Of a DNA stretch of 64,000 nucleotides, positions 31,242 through 41,029 are shown piece by piece. Under the pieces are notes generated by a model. It was not told the origin of the DNA and did no database searches. It saw only the letters and a program-made list of their open reading frames with translations. The stretch's first letter is position 1. Each line of letters opens with the position of its first letter. The position numbers and the translations under genes are program-made. Source of the DNA: Vulcanimicrobiota bacterium (GTDB lineage Bacteria > Vulcanimicrobiota > Vulcanimicrobiia > Vulcanimicrobiales > Vulcanimicrobiaceae); the NCBI GenBank assembly GCA_963756635.1, contig CAVWOR010000004.1, positions 265,788-329,787 of the forward strand, read 5' to 3'.

Positions 31242-32168
31242 ATGATGCCCATCGTTCCGGTGACCCAAGCGCAACCCGTCACGCCGAGCGGAGGCTTCGA
31301 CTACATTACCATCGACGCGCAGCGCCGGCGCGTCTATGCCGCGCACGGCGGCGCCGGCGGCTTGCTGATTGCCGATGCCGACAGCGGGAAGGTCCTCGGT
31401 ATCGTTAGGGTCGGGCCGATGCATGGCGTTGCGGTCGACCCGCAGACGGGACACGTCTTTACGGGGAACGGCACGGCGCGTTCCGTCAGCGAAGTCGATC
31501 CCGTTGCGCAGACGATCCTTCGTACAGTCTCCGTCGGCGGTCCGGTCGACGCGATCGTCTACGATCCGCGGTTCGGTCGAATCTACGCAGACGAAGACGA
31601 CGGCACGCGCATCTTCGTCATCGACACAAAAACGTTCACGCAGATTGGAACGGTCGCGCTGTCAGGTCACAAGCCCGAATACCTTCAGATCGATCCCAAA
31701 ACGGACACCCTCTTCCAGAACATTGCGAGCGACGACCCCTCGGTGAGCCAAATCGAAGTCATCGATCCATACTCGTTGTCGCTCGCACACCCCATCCCGA
31801 CGCCCGCCCTCAAGAGCAATCATCCGTTACAATACGACGCGAAGGATCGGGCGCTCTTGGTCGCAGGTGAGAACGATATTCTGGCGGTTTACCGTAGTTC
31901 GGGAAAACTTTTGTACCAGGTTCCGTATCCTGGGCGCGTCGATCAATGCGATTGGGACGGCACGCGAGGCTGGCTTGCGTGCGCGGGTGGCGGCATTACG
32001 CTTTTCTCGTATGACGGCGTTTCCGATCCGAAGTTACTGGCGACGCTGCCGATTGCTCGAGGGGTGCACACGACGGCAATCGATCCGCGCACCGGAACCA
32101 TCTGGGTGGTCTGGGATGACGCCGCCACCAAGGCGGCATCGATTCAGGGATTTACGTACAAGCCCTAG
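31242..32168 (+). CDS. YncE/YVTN-type beta-propeller repeat protein
   Basis: Recurrent blocks of the type G..P.gvavDp..g.vy (RRVYAAHGG, HGVAVDPQTGHVF, VDAIVYDPRFGRIYA, PEYLQIDPKTD, VHTTAIDPRTGTIWV). GGAGGA precedes the ATG. No obvious signal peptide. Confidence 0.6.
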   Translation: MMPIVPVTQAQPVTPSGGFDYITIDAQRRRVYAAHGGAGGLLIADADSGKVLGIVRVGPMHGVAVDPQTGHVFTGNGTARSVSEVDPVAQTILRTVSVGGPVDAIVYDPRFGRIYADEDDGTRIFVIDTKTFTQIGTVALSGHKPEYLQIDPKTDTLFQNIASDDPSVSQIEVIDPYSLSLAHPIPTPALKSNHPLQYDAKDRALLVAGENDILAVYRSSGKLLYQVPYPGRVDQCDWDGTRGWLACAGGGITLFSYDGVSDPKLLATLPIARGVHTTAIDPRTGTIWVVWDDAATKAASIQGFTYKP

Positions 32169-32178
32169 GCCGTCGCAG

Positions 32179-33000
32179 CTAAGGCGCCGGCGATGACGTC
32201 GGCATAGCGCTGCTGCAGAGTGCGGCGCTCGACATCACTGCGTTGGCGGCGTCGTTCTCGCGCTTGCCTGTCTCATCGATCGTCCATCGAAGCGCGTCCA
32301 GCAATCGCGTCACCGGGTTATAGCCGAGCGTCAGACCCGGAACCGTTGCCAAGTCGATATCGTATGGGTTGGGGGGCAGTCCCGCAAAATTTGGGTTCGA
32401 CTCGAGCGGGTTCGGCCCGGGGGTGGCGGTCTTTGCGCTTGTCGCATCGGGTTGCGTCATCGAGCTGATGTACGCTTCGCCGGCATGCTGCAGATCGGCC
32501 ATCTGTTGCGTATCGACGAATCCGCTAATGATATCGAGCGATGCGTTCTGCGCAGCCAACGCCTGGAGCAGTTTCTCGCGAATTGCCGCCAGTCGTTCGT
32601 CGTCGTCTTTCCGCCCAGTCCCAGTGCGAAGCTCCGGCGAATCGAGCATCGTTTGAATCGCGATGATGTTGTTGGCGATCGGGCGAATAAGGCTTTCCAT
32701 CCCCTGCAGTGCCATGTTCTGCGACGGGTTCATTGTGGCGCTCCCCGGATCACCCGCAACGGGATCGCTCTTTTCGGCAGAATTATCGGGGCCATAGAGC
32801 GCCGCGTCGTTGTATCTTTTGAAAAGCTCCGGGCTCTTCTTGATCGTCGTGTCGTTCTGCATCATCATGCCGATGGCCGGCGCGACGTGCTCGTGAAGCT
32901 CGGCGCAGAGCGGTCGCGTGACGACATGGTAAATCTGCGGCGGGGGCGTAGCACCGGCCGCGAGCATCGCCACCATAAGCGCGACCACTACTCGCAACAT
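32179..33000 (-). CDS. secreted hypothetical protein
   Basis: 273-aa ORF with a signal peptide (MLRVVVALMVAMLAAGA). No family recognised. Confidence 0.5.
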   Translation of the reverse strand: MLRVVVALMVAMLAAGATPPPQIYHVVTRPLCAELHEHVAPAIGMMMQNDTTIKKSPELFKRYNDAALYGPDNSAEKSDPVAGDPGSATMNPSQNMALQGMESLIRPIANNIIAIQTMLDSPELRTGTGRKDDDERLAAIREKLLQALAAQNASLDIISGFVDTQQMADLQHAGEAYISSMTQPDATSAKTATPGPNPLESNPNFAGLPPNPYDIDLATVPGLTLGYNPVTRLLDALRWTIDETGKRENDAANAVMSSAALCSSAMPTSSPAP

Positions 33001-33059
33001 ATGAAAACCTCTCTACGGTTTAGACGCAGGTCGAGACCTGCCTGTGACCCGCTCGGGCC

Positions 33060-35126
33060 TCAAATGTAGCGGCCCAACCAGTCGAGGATTAAGTGCAGGC
33101 GCTCGACTCGATGGATAGGCGAGCCGGTACGCGATAGGTCGTGGTTTTCGCTGGGCACGTCCACGTATTCGACGGTTCGCCCCAGGATTTTCAGCGACGT
33201 GAACTCTTGGAGCGTCTGGTCGATTGGCGAGCGCGTATCGTCGTCGGCGTGAAGAATCATGAGGGGCGTGTGCACGCTTGCAACGTACGTTAACGGTGAT
33301 AATTTGGCATAGGCGCTACTGGCCGGGTCCCAAGGCGGGCCCCACGTGTAGTAACCGCCGCCCAATCCGTTCTTGCCGGCGAAATCGGCCGCGAGATTTT
33401 CACTTTGAACATTGCTGACCGCTCGTTCGGCGACCGCGACCTTGTAGCGGTCCGTGTGAGCGATCACCCACAGTGTCGCGTATCCGCCATACGATCCTCC
33501 GAGCACACCTAGGCGCGATGCGTCGACGTCGGGCCGTCGTACGGCCGCATCCATCACAGCCTGCACATCCTCGAACATCGCATCGCCGTAATTACCTTCG
33601 AGCGCCTCTTCGAATGGATAACCGTGCCCCGTGCTGCCGGCCGGATCGGAAAAGACGACGTTGTAGCCCATCGACGCATACAGCTGGAATTCCGCGAAGA
33701 ACGTATCGCCGAACTGCGTCTCGGGGCCGCCGTGAATGTCGAGAAGGGTCGGGTGCTTCGTCGCCGGCGAGCCGCCCGTGGCCGGCATGAACCACGCCTG
33801 CACGGGAAAGCCGGCCGAATCTTTGATCGTGAACTCTTGCGGCTGCGACAGGGTCACCGATGCAAGATACGCGGCATTGACGTTCGTGAGCTGACGCGGA
33901 GTCCCGCCAGGTATGTCGACGACATACACGTCTGCCGGATGGGTGAAGTCGCTGTAGAGATACGCCACCCGGCTGCCGTCTTGCGAAACGGTGCACGACC
34001 ATGCTTCGCCCTTGGGGGGCGTAGCATCGACTAACGAACCGTTCGTTAAATCGAGTCGGCGCAGGTTCGAATAGCCCGGGCCGTCCACGTTGAGCAACGC
34101 TTCTTTTCCGCCGCGCAGCGGCCATCCGCATAAACCTCCGCCCTCTTTCATGTCGGCGAGCAGCGAATCGCCCCAAGAAACGGTATCCCTGGCCACGATC
34201 ACGCGCCGGGCTGAGCCGTCTGAATTTGCGGAAACCAGAGCGGGCAGCTCCGCTGCATCCTTCACATCAGCGCTCAAAAAATAGATCCGGCTCCCGTCGC
34301 TGCTAAAAAAGAAGCCGCCGTTTCCCGGCAGGGATGAGCTGAGCTTTTGCATCGCGCCGCCGGTCGAGGGAATCGTGTAGACGTCGCTCGGACCGCTGTC
34401 GACCGATTCGTAGCGTAACGAATCGAAGAGGATCGTGCGGTCGTCGGGCGACCACGCGTCGAAGTTCTCCGAGTATTGGCCGGAAGTGAGCTGCTTGGCA
34501 TGCGAGCCGTCGGCATCAATCGTCCAGATGTGCTGATGATCGCGAAACGTGTAGCCTTGGCCGTTTGTCTCGAAAAAGAGCTGATCGATGATGCGAATGT
34601 CGCTCTTCTTCTGCGAGTCCTTTGGCGTGAAACCGGCCTTGGCAAAATCGGCGTAGGCATCGTGGGCCGGCTCGGTTTCCGTCACCGTGAGCGCGATCCG
34701 ATCGCCGGCGTGCGAGACGACCGGCCCCGCAACTCCCGGGGTGATGTGCGTGAGCTGGACGACCGTGCCGCTCGCAAGCGTGTAGCGGTAGAGCTGCGGC
34801 TTCTGCTTCTCGACCGTCCGAATAAAAACGAAGCTTCTGCTGTCGGGCATCCAGGCGAAGTCGCCGTCTCCCACGTGCTTGGTTACGTTATGGCTAAGGC
34901 TTCTAGTCGAAACGTCGACGAGCTCGATCGTGCGATCGTAGCTATTCTTAGGCCCGTTCATGCGCGACGCCTCGACCAGCGCGTGCGTGCCGTCTGGCGA
35001 GATGCTCGCATTGCTCAGAAGCGTCAGCTTGAAAAGATCTTCCGGCGCGACCGGGGCCGCCGAGATGGCAACGGGATAGACCGCCAAAATGAGGGCTGCT
35101 AAGCCTACGAGACGCATGTTCCTCAT
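33060..35126 (-). CDS. S9-family serine peptidase (prolyl oligopeptidase / acylaminoacyl-peptidase type) with N-terminal beta-propeller
   Basis: Catalytic-domain motifs GGSYGGY, MILHADDDTRSP, SENHDL. Signal peptide from ATG 35126 (MRNMRLVGLAALILAV). The tracked ORF is over-extended to 35585. Confidence 0.85.
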   Translation of the reverse strand: MRNMRLVGLAALILAVYPVAISAAPVAPEDLFKLTLLSNASISPDGTHALVEASRMNGPKNSYDRTIELVDVSTRSLSHNVTKHVGDGDFAWMPDSRSFVFIRTVEKQKPQLYRYTLASGTVVQLTHITPGVAGPVVSHAGDRIALTVTETEPAHDAYADFAKAGFTPKDSQKKSDIRIIDQLFFETNGQGYTFRDHQHIWTIDADGSHAKQLTSGQYSENFDAWSPDDRTILFDSLRYESVDSGPSDVYTIPSTGGAMQKLSSSLPGNGGFFFSSDGSRIYFLSADVKDAAELPALVSANSDGSARRVIVARDTVSWGDSLLADMKEGGGLCGWPLRGGKEALLNVDGPGYSNLRRLDLTNGSLVDATPPKGEAWSCTVSQDGSRVAYLYSDFTHPADVYVVDIPGGTPRQLTNVNAAYLASVTLSQPQEFTIKDSAGFPVQAWFMPATGGSPATKHPTLLDIHGGPETQFGDTFFAEFQLYASMGYNVVFSDPAGSTGHGYPFEEALEGNYGDAMFEDVQAVMDAAVRRPDVDASRLGVLGGSYGGYATLWVIAHTDRYKVAVAERAVSNVQSENLAADFAGKNGLGGGYYTWGPPWDPASSAYAKLSPLTYVASVHTPLMILHADDDTRSPIDQTLQEFTSLKILGRTVEYVDVPSENHDLSRTGSPIHRVERLHLILDWLGRYI

Positions 35127-35176
35127 ACCGCGCAGAGTCAACGAGGGTTTCAGCGCTGCGGGGAGCTCTGCCCCGC

Positions 35177-37240
35177 TCACGTGCCCTTCTCCCCTCCCGC
35201 ATAAAAGATCAGCTTGAAAATGGCTTGCGGCACCGTTATCAGCGTGTTCGGATTGCCGTAGGCGGCGTAGATCTCTGCGCGCCGCAATCGAAGGTGATAT
35301 GCGATGGAGATATTGGAGCAGTCGCCCTCGCAGTCGCCACCTCCGTTGGGCTGCGGCGGGTACCCGATCACGCGCCTTACTCCGATCGCAAACGACGAGT
35401 TCGCACTGACCTGATAGGCGTACGCGATCTCCTCGAACCATTGTACGTTTGCCGATGCCGCATGGAAGTACTGCGCCGTATCGTCGAGCGTTAAGGTTAG
35501 CGCCCCGCGGTTGCCCACTCGGATCGTTGAGTTGCGGAACCACGTGTCGAGGCGGCCGCCGATGCCGTAGTTCCCCGTATACCACTGAATCGAGGTCGGC
35601 GTCGCCGATGAGCCGTGCGTTGGGAAGTTGTTCAAATTGTTCTGCATGCCGCTATGGTATGTAAGGCTAAAACCCGCGTTCTGCGAGATCGGCATGAGCT
35701 CCGAGCCGAACCGCCAGTAGTCGGACCCGGAAAAAAGCTGAAAGTCGATCGTGCCTTTGGTCAGAAGATCCACCAGCACTTGGTTATCGCTCTGCGCCTG
35801 GCCGGTCGCCGTCGTTCCTTGGTAGCGATCGAGAAATCCCGAAACACCGACCGACGATAAGAAGTCCTTCGGCGAAAAGGTCCATACACGCGCACCGTAG
35901 AGTCCGTAACCTTCGATCCCCGGATGGGAATCGAAGCCATCCACCGGATTGAAGTAGGCGCCGACGTCGCGGAAAGACCCGAAGAGTGCATACTGTTGAC
36001 TGATGAAGCCGCCGCCGCCGTCGAACCAGTTACCCTGCCCGGGATCGATCACGTTGGTTCCCCGGTCGGTGGCGTAGTTCGCATATGCAGAGAGGTACTT
36101 TCCGTTAAACCAGCTTACGCCGGTCTCGTCGGAGACGTCGACCGCGCCGGGAACATCCGCGATTACTTGTTGAAGCGAAGCGTTCCAATGCGTGTCGTCC
36201 GAGGTGTAGTTGAATGCTGCCGCGGCGTCGTTACGTCCGTCGCCGATCGCGTCGAATGCCGCCAACCCGAACAAGCCATCTTTACCTTCGAAGGCGTACC
36301 CCTGCGCCGGGGTGGGAATCGCCGGCGTGTAGAGAATCGTACGAAACCCGCTGCACACGTCGCAGTTGAAGTTATTGTAGTACGGTGCGGCTTGCGTAAA
36401 GAACGGCCGGACCTCAGAGTAGATGCGCTGATAGACCGTGGGCGAAATCGACTGCTGGTCGATCTCGACGTTTGAGTAGTCCGGATGCAGCGTCCCAAAA
36501 AAGGCTGCAGTCTGCGCAACGGGGACCGAAAAATCCGCGCCGACGCGCGAGGTGCTGCCGCCAATGGAAGGGCCGGCGAGCTCACCGAGCGCGTACATTC
36601 CGACGCGCGGCCTTGGCAACGGAGGCTTGGCGAGCGAAGGGATGTCGAGTCGTCCGGCGCGCGAGGCATCGTCGGGGTTCGTCTGCGCGTCGTCGTACGA
36701 CCAGACGTTCAGCGCGCCGGTCGAGCGCACGTAGCGGACGAACTGCACGCGCCACGTGCCCGAATGCGCGCCGTGAATCACCGCGAACGGGATCGCCATG
36801 GTCACGACGTAGCCGTCGGCGGTCGACGCGCCATGCGACTGCCACGCTGGAGCGAATGCAGTATTCTCGCTGGAGGCCTCGTTGTGCGCTCCGTTCGGAT
36901 TCGATTCGAACTGATATTGAAAGCCCGCGGGACCCGTCGGCCAGAGGTCCACCCAAACCGCGTCGTCGCTCCAGGCAATGCCGCCGTTGATATTACTGCC
37001 TCCGGTGACGGTGTCGTCACTGTGCTGCGCCGCCATCAACGGCTCGCGCTGCTGCGCGTCGAAGCGAACGTAGAGAAACTTTCCATCGGTCGACACGTGC
37101 ACCGTCGTCGCGTCCTCCGATGGGCGTGCGTGGCCAACGTCCCACCGCAACGCCACTGGTGCGGTTTGGCTCCACGTGCTCACGGGTGAATTTGGCTGGA
37201 GCGGAGGCGTAACGGTGGGAACCAGCAGCCCGGCGATCAT
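35177..37240 (-). CDS. CBM9/DOMON-like N-terminal domain protein with a large beta-rich C-terminal domain (DUF5916-like)
   Basis: The N-terminus follows the CBM9-like pattern (W..APVALRWDV..TVHVSTDGKFLYVRFDA..DDAVWVDLWP..FQYQFESNPNGA). The long C-terminal region is rich in Y/G/N alternation. GGGAGGAG precedes ATG 37240. Confidence 0.5.
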   Translation of the reverse strand: MIAGLLVPTVTPPLQPNSPVSTWSQTAPVALRWDVGHARPSEDATTVHVSTDGKFLYVRFDAQQREPLMAAQHSDDTVTGGSNINGGIAWSDDAVWVDLWPTGPAGFQYQFESNPNGAHNEASSENTAFAPAWQSHGASTADGYVVTMAIPFAVIHGAHSGTWRVQFVRYVRSTGALNVWSYDDAQTNPDDASRAGRLDIPSLAKPPLPRPRVGMYALGELAGPSIGGSTSRVGADFSVPVAQTAAFFGTLHPDYSNVEIDQQSISPTVYQRIYSEVRPFFTQAAPYYNNFNCDVCSGFRTILYTPAIPTPAQGYAFEGKDGLFGLAAFDAIGDGRNDAAAAFNYTSDDTHWNASLQQVIADVPGAVDVSDETGVSWFNGKYLSAYANYATDRGTNVIDPGQGNWFDGGGGFISQQYALFGSFRDVGAYFNPVDGFDSHPGIEGYGLYGARVWTFSPKDFLSSVGVSGFLDRYQGTTATGQAQSDNQVLVDLLTKGTIDFQLFSGSDYWRFGSELMPISQNAGFSLTYHSGMQNNLNNFPTHGSSATPTSIQWYTGNYGIGGRLDTWFRNSTIRVGNRGALTLTLDDTAQYFHAASANVQWFEEIAYAYQVSANSSFAIGVRRVIGYPPQPNGGGDCEGDCSNISIAYHLRLRRAEIYAAYGNPNTLITVPQAIFKLIFYAGGEKGT

Positions 37241-37357
37241 CGTTCTCCTCCCGTCTCAGCGTCGGCGAAGACGCAGCGAACCAAGCCTCATGCCGCGAGG
37301 CAATTGTGTTGCGGATCGGTTAGCGTTACGCGGGCGCTTGCGCACGCGCGCGGTTAT

Positions 37358-39298
37358 CTAGGGTGGCGAATTCTGCTGCGAGCGTATCGATCGGGTGATT
37401 CGCGTTTTCGAAAAGTCCACGTGCGTGAGGTCAACGCCATCGAGGTCGCAGCTGTTCAGGCTCGCACCGGAAAAGTCGGCGCCTTCCAAATTCGCATTGC
37501 TGAAGTCCGCGCCGGTTATTCTCGCGTTCCGAAAATCGACGCCGTGCAAATTCCGGCCGCTGAAGTCGCAGTGCGAGATATCGGATCCGCTAAAATCGGC
37601 GCGGCTTAGGTTGGCGTTGGCGAAATCGCAACTGCTCAAACGCGCATTTCTGAATGAGACGCCGGCGAGATTCGCGTCGGAAAAGTCTGCTGCGGCGAAT
37701 GTGGCGCCGGCGAAGTTTACGCCTGTAAGATTTGCGCCGGAAAAATCCACGTCGTTATATCTGAGGCCGTGCAAGTCGCGGCCGGTCCAGTTGACGCCGC
37801 TGAAATCACATGCGCCGGTGCACGTGTGCTGGGATTGCGCGGACGCCGACGCGGCTGTCGACGCCACGGCATCCGCCGCGGCCATGGCGCGAGCGACCTG
37901 TGTCGAAATCCGCTCGTGAAGATGACTCAATGAAACCGAGGCCACCGACGGTACCTTGACGTCTATCCCCGGGATGTCGACGCGCGTTCCCGGAACCGAT
38001 ACGCTGGTACCCGGGAGGGTCATGTGCATCGCCGGTACCGTCACGTGTGTCGCCGAGACGTCCACATGCATCGGCGGAACCTTTATGTGCGTCCCCGGCA
38101 CCGTCACTTCTTTGGCGCGCACGTAGATCACCTCGGGAGTTGGTTTCACTTCGGGAGCCGGCTGCGCGGCAGCTACACTCTTCGCGGAACCGGCCGTTGA
38201 GGACGTGACGCAAGGAGCGGCAATCGACGGGCCAACGAAAGCGATGACCAGCGCCATGGCGCCGACTACTGCAATAGCCGCAGCCGCCGGCGCGACCGAG
38301 AGATTCGTGGCGATGTTCCGACCCGCTCCGAGCAAACGCTCGATGCGTAGCGAGATGTGCTTGCGCGTTGCGAAGACGCCCGGCGCCGGAATGGGATGGC
38401 GCGGCCACGATGCCGTCTCCGCCATCTTGGTGAGACAGAGTGCGTACGGGCGCACTTTCCCGATGAAGGAGAGAACCCAATCGTCGCACGCAACCTCGCG
38501 CTCGAGATCGAGTTGTTGACCGACGAATTGCGCGGCCGGGTTCCAACCCAGCAGCGCGGTGACGATGCGTTGGACGCCGTTTGTCCAGTCGTCGGCGCGG
38601 CGCAGATGGGCGAGCTCGTGCAGACAGATTTGATCGACTTCCGGTTCCGCCAAACGCTCGAGAAGCGAGCGCGGTATCAAAATCATTGCGTCGAAGAGTC
38701 CGACCGCTACGGGCACATCGGTCTCGTCACTCACGCAGAGGCGCACGTCGCGAGTTCCCTTATTCGCCCGAAGCCATTGCGGCATCGCGTCTCGATATTC
38801 GACCGGCAGAGGCAAGGCATCGCGCTTGAGCTGTTCCAAGCGCATCAGACCGGCGACCAGTCGCGCGAGCGCGTAACCTGCCAGCAGGAGCCAAAGCACA
38901 AAGACCGTCACGGCGACCGGAACCGGCAGCGTTACACGCAGCCTCCCGGGCAGACGCGGTAAGGGCTGCGATAAACCGCTCGGCAATTTCTCGAGCGCTC
39001 GGTCCTGATGCGTGGCGGGTACCCGCGTGGGCGCTGCGTGCAACACCACGCTCGCGTGGTGCGTCGCAACTGTTGGCGGGGGCGAGAAGAACGCCAGCGT
39101 CGTTCCCACCGGTATGACGAACGCGCCGGCGAGCGTTGCGCTCCAGACAATATAGCGAGTCGCCGCGTTGATCCGCGGCCAAGCCCGCAGAAGTAACCAA
39201 ACGAAGAGAACGATCAGCGCATCCTGCCACAGCGCATTGAGCACGATACCGGCGAGCGCGCTTGCAACGATCACGAATCCTTGATGCCAGTCAATCAC
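37358..39298 (-). CDS. BlaR1/MecR1-type M56 membrane metalloprotease (anti-repressor) with a C-terminal pentapeptide-repeat domain
   Basis: TM helices, HELAHLRRADDW zinc motif, ..EREVACDDWV. Eight 7-residue repeats (VPGTHIK VPPMHVD VSATHVT VPAMHMT LPGTSVS VPGTRVD IPGIDVK VPSVASV). About 28 consecutive A(D/N)LxG-type pentapeptides follow (DFSGANLTGVNFAGATFAAADFSDANLAGVSF..). 4-nt overlap with blaI. Confidence 0.85.
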   Translation of the reverse strand: MIDWHQGFVIVASALAGIVLNALWQDALIVLFVWLLLRAWPRINAATRYIVWSATLAGAFVIPVGTTLAFFSPPPTVATHHASVVLHAAPTRVPATHQDRALEKLPSGLSQPLPRLPGRLRVTLPVPVAVTVFVLWLLLAGYALARLVAGLMRLEQLKRDALPLPVEYRDAMPQWLRANKGTRDVRLCVSDETDVPVAVGLFDAMILIPRSLLERLAEPEVDQICLHELAHLRRADDWTNGVQRIVTALLGWNPAAQFVGQQLDLEREVACDDWVLSFIGKVRPYALCLTKMAETASWPRHPIPAPGVFATRKHISLRIERLLGAGRNIATNLSVAPAAAAIAVVGAMALVIAFVGPSIAAPCVTSSTAGSAKSVAAAQPAPEVKPTPEVIYVRAKEVTVPGTHIKVPPMHVDVSATHVTVPAMHMTLPGTSVSVPGTRVDIPGIDVKVPSVASVSLSHLHERISTQVARAMAAADAVASTAASASAQSQHTCTGACDFSGVNWTGRDLHGLRYNDVDFSGANLTGVNFAGATFAAADFSDANLAGVSFRNARLSSCDFANANLSRADFSGSDISHCDFSGRNLHGVDFRNARITGADFSNANLEGADFSGASLNSCDLDGVDLTHVDFSKTRITRSIRSQQNSPP

Positions 39299-39681
39299 GT
39301 GGGCGGCTCCTCGTACTGTTCGATCAGGGCCTTGAGACGGAGCAGCTCTTCATCCGACGGCCGTCCCGTTTCGATCAAGCGTAGCGCAAGCGTTCCCGCG
39401 CTGTTGTCAAAAAATTTTGAGAGAAGGTGGCCGACGGCGTGTCCAGCCGCCTCGTCACGCGCGACGAGTGGCCGATACACGTACGCACGGCCCGCCTCTA
39501 CGTGCGCGACATAACCCTTGCGCTCGAGGATACGCATCGTGGTCAGGACGCTGTTATAGGCGAGCGGCGGCGGCGGAAGCGCCGCGGTGACGTCGGCGAC
39601 GGTTGCTTCGCCTTTTTGCCACAGGACCGCCATGAGCCGAAGCTCTGCCTCGGTCAGCGTAGTGGACCGGCCTCGCGCCAT
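39295..39681 (-). CDS. BlaI/MecI/CopY-family transcriptional repressor
   Basis: LTEAELRLMAVLWQKGEATVADV..YNSVLTTMRILERKGYV..GRAYVYRPLV, the characteristic winged helix. ATG 39681. Confidence 0.88.
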   Translation of the reverse strand: MARGRSTTLTEAELRLMAVLWQKGEATVADVTAALPPPPLAYNSVLTTMRILERKGYVAHVEAGRAYVYRPLVARDEAAGHAVGHLLSKFFDNSAGTLALRLIETGRPSDEELLRLKALIEQYEEPPT

Positions 39682-39826
39682 GCTAGTGCCCCAGCTCCGG
39701 ACCCCAGCCCTGAAAGAGCCGCGCCGGCGCAAAGCCTTCGGGAAGTCGCACCCGGCAACGGGCCGTCCGGGGAAGCTCTCTATTAGTGATATCGGGGTTA
39801 CGAAGCATGGGTGCCTCCTGCAAGCT

Positions 39827-39840
39827 ACTAAATCTTTAGT
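39827..39840. promoter_or_regulatory. palindrome upstream of blaI (candidate operator)
   Basis: ACTAAA-TC-TTTAGT, flanked by TGCAA..TTGCA. A degenerate second copy AACTAATTATTTAGG lies at about 39871-39885. Confidence 0.3.
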
Positions 39841-39997
39841 TGCATAATAGCGGCTCCCGGATGGCTTGTCAACTAATTATTTAGGATTAAAACAATCGCC
39901 CGAGTACGGCTCGCTTGCGCTGCAGTTGCGGGAAAGGCGAAACGGTCTGCCAATAACGGAGGCTGATCCATCGGCCTTACGATCTAAGGAGAAGCAA

Positions 39998-41029
39998 TTG
40001 TTGGCACCGGTACGCGTCGCGCTCGCACTTCTTGCCGTCAGTTTCCTAGCGGCCTGCGGCAAGGGCACGCCTATTACGAGCGGCACGGCTACCCCCGCTC
40101 CCACTCCGACGCCGGGCGTCACGAGCCAGTACCCGATTCCGACCGCGTCGAGCCAGCCGATGGGGATCGCATTGGGGAGCGACGGAAACCTTTGGATAAC
40201 CGAGTTCGCATCGGGCAAGATCGGCCGGCTGGGCCCCGGCGGCAAAATTTCCGAAAACGTTACGCCAACCCGCAAGTCGGGACCGCTCGGTATGGCGTCG
40301 GGACCCGGACCGAACCTGAACGTCTGGTTTACCGAAACGAACGTGGCGAAGATTGGACAGATTACGACCAGCGGGCCGCCGTACATCGAGTACACGTTGC
40401 CGAATGCGGCTGCGCGGCCCGTCGGCCTCGCACTTGGCGCCGACGGAAACATGTGGGTCACAGATCCCGGAACGAACTCGATTTGGCGAATCCAACAGCG
40501 CCGGGTTAAGCCACACGTTAAGTTCACACAATTCCCGCTGACCGGCAACGCCCAGCCGCTTACGATTACCAACGGGCCTGACGGCGCGCTCTGGTTCACG
40601 GAACCGGGAACCAGCCGCATTGGGCGACTTCCGGTCAGCGGAGGCGCGCTCACCGAGTACGACGTGCGTAAGAACTCCGGTCCGACGGGTATCGCTGCGG
40701 GACTCGACAACGCGCTTTGGTTCACCGAGCAGAAGGCCGAGATGATCGGTCGCATGTCGACGAGCGGCGTCGTTACCGCCGAATATCCTCTTTCCGGGGC
40801 TATGACGCCCGACGCGATCGTTCAAGGCGTCGACGGCAACTTTTATTTTACCGACACGGCGAAAAATAAAATCGGACAGTTCTTCTTCCGGGGGCACCAC
40901 GTCATCTACTATCCGATTCCCACTGCGAACTCGGAGCCGACGGCGATGGCGATAGGAACCGACGAGCAAATCTACTTCGTCGAAACCGCGGGGAACAAAG
41001 TCGGGCAGTTCCGATACTTTAACGTCTAA
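39998..41029 (+). CDS. Vgb (virginiamycin B lyase)-like beta-propeller lipoprotein
   Basis: Repeated blocks ..P.GIALGSDGNLWITE / GLALGADGNMWVTD / ITNGPDGALWFTE / GIAAGLDNALWFTE / VQGVDGNFYFTD. Lipobox LAAC. TTG 39998 lies 6 nt after AAGGAG, in frame within the tracked ORF 39866-41029. Confidence 0.7.
   Translation: MLAPVRVALALLAVSFLAACGKGTPITSGTATPAPTPTPGVTSQYPIPTASSQPMGIALGSDGNLWITEFASGKIGRLGPGGKISENVTPTRKSGPLGMASGPGPNLNVWFTETNVAKIGQITTSGPPYIEYTLPNAAARPVGLALGADGNMWVTDPGTNSIWRIQQRRVKPHVKFTQFPLTGNAQPLTITNGPDGALWFTEPGTSRIGRLPVSGGALTEYDVRKNSGPTGIAAGLDNALWFTEQKAEMIGRMSTSGVVTAEYPLSGAMTPDAIVQGVDGNFYFTDTAKNKIGQFFFRGHHVIYYPIPTANSEPTAMAIGTDEQIYFVETAGNKVGQFRYFNV

Noticed and set aside
37361-37810. Strong ~15-nt periodicity in the DNA that could be mistaken for a tandem-repeat or CRISPR-like array
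   Set aside because: The periodicity is imperfect and fully explained by the pentapeptide-repeat coding sequence of the BlaR1-like protein. There are no conserved direct repeats with unique spacers.
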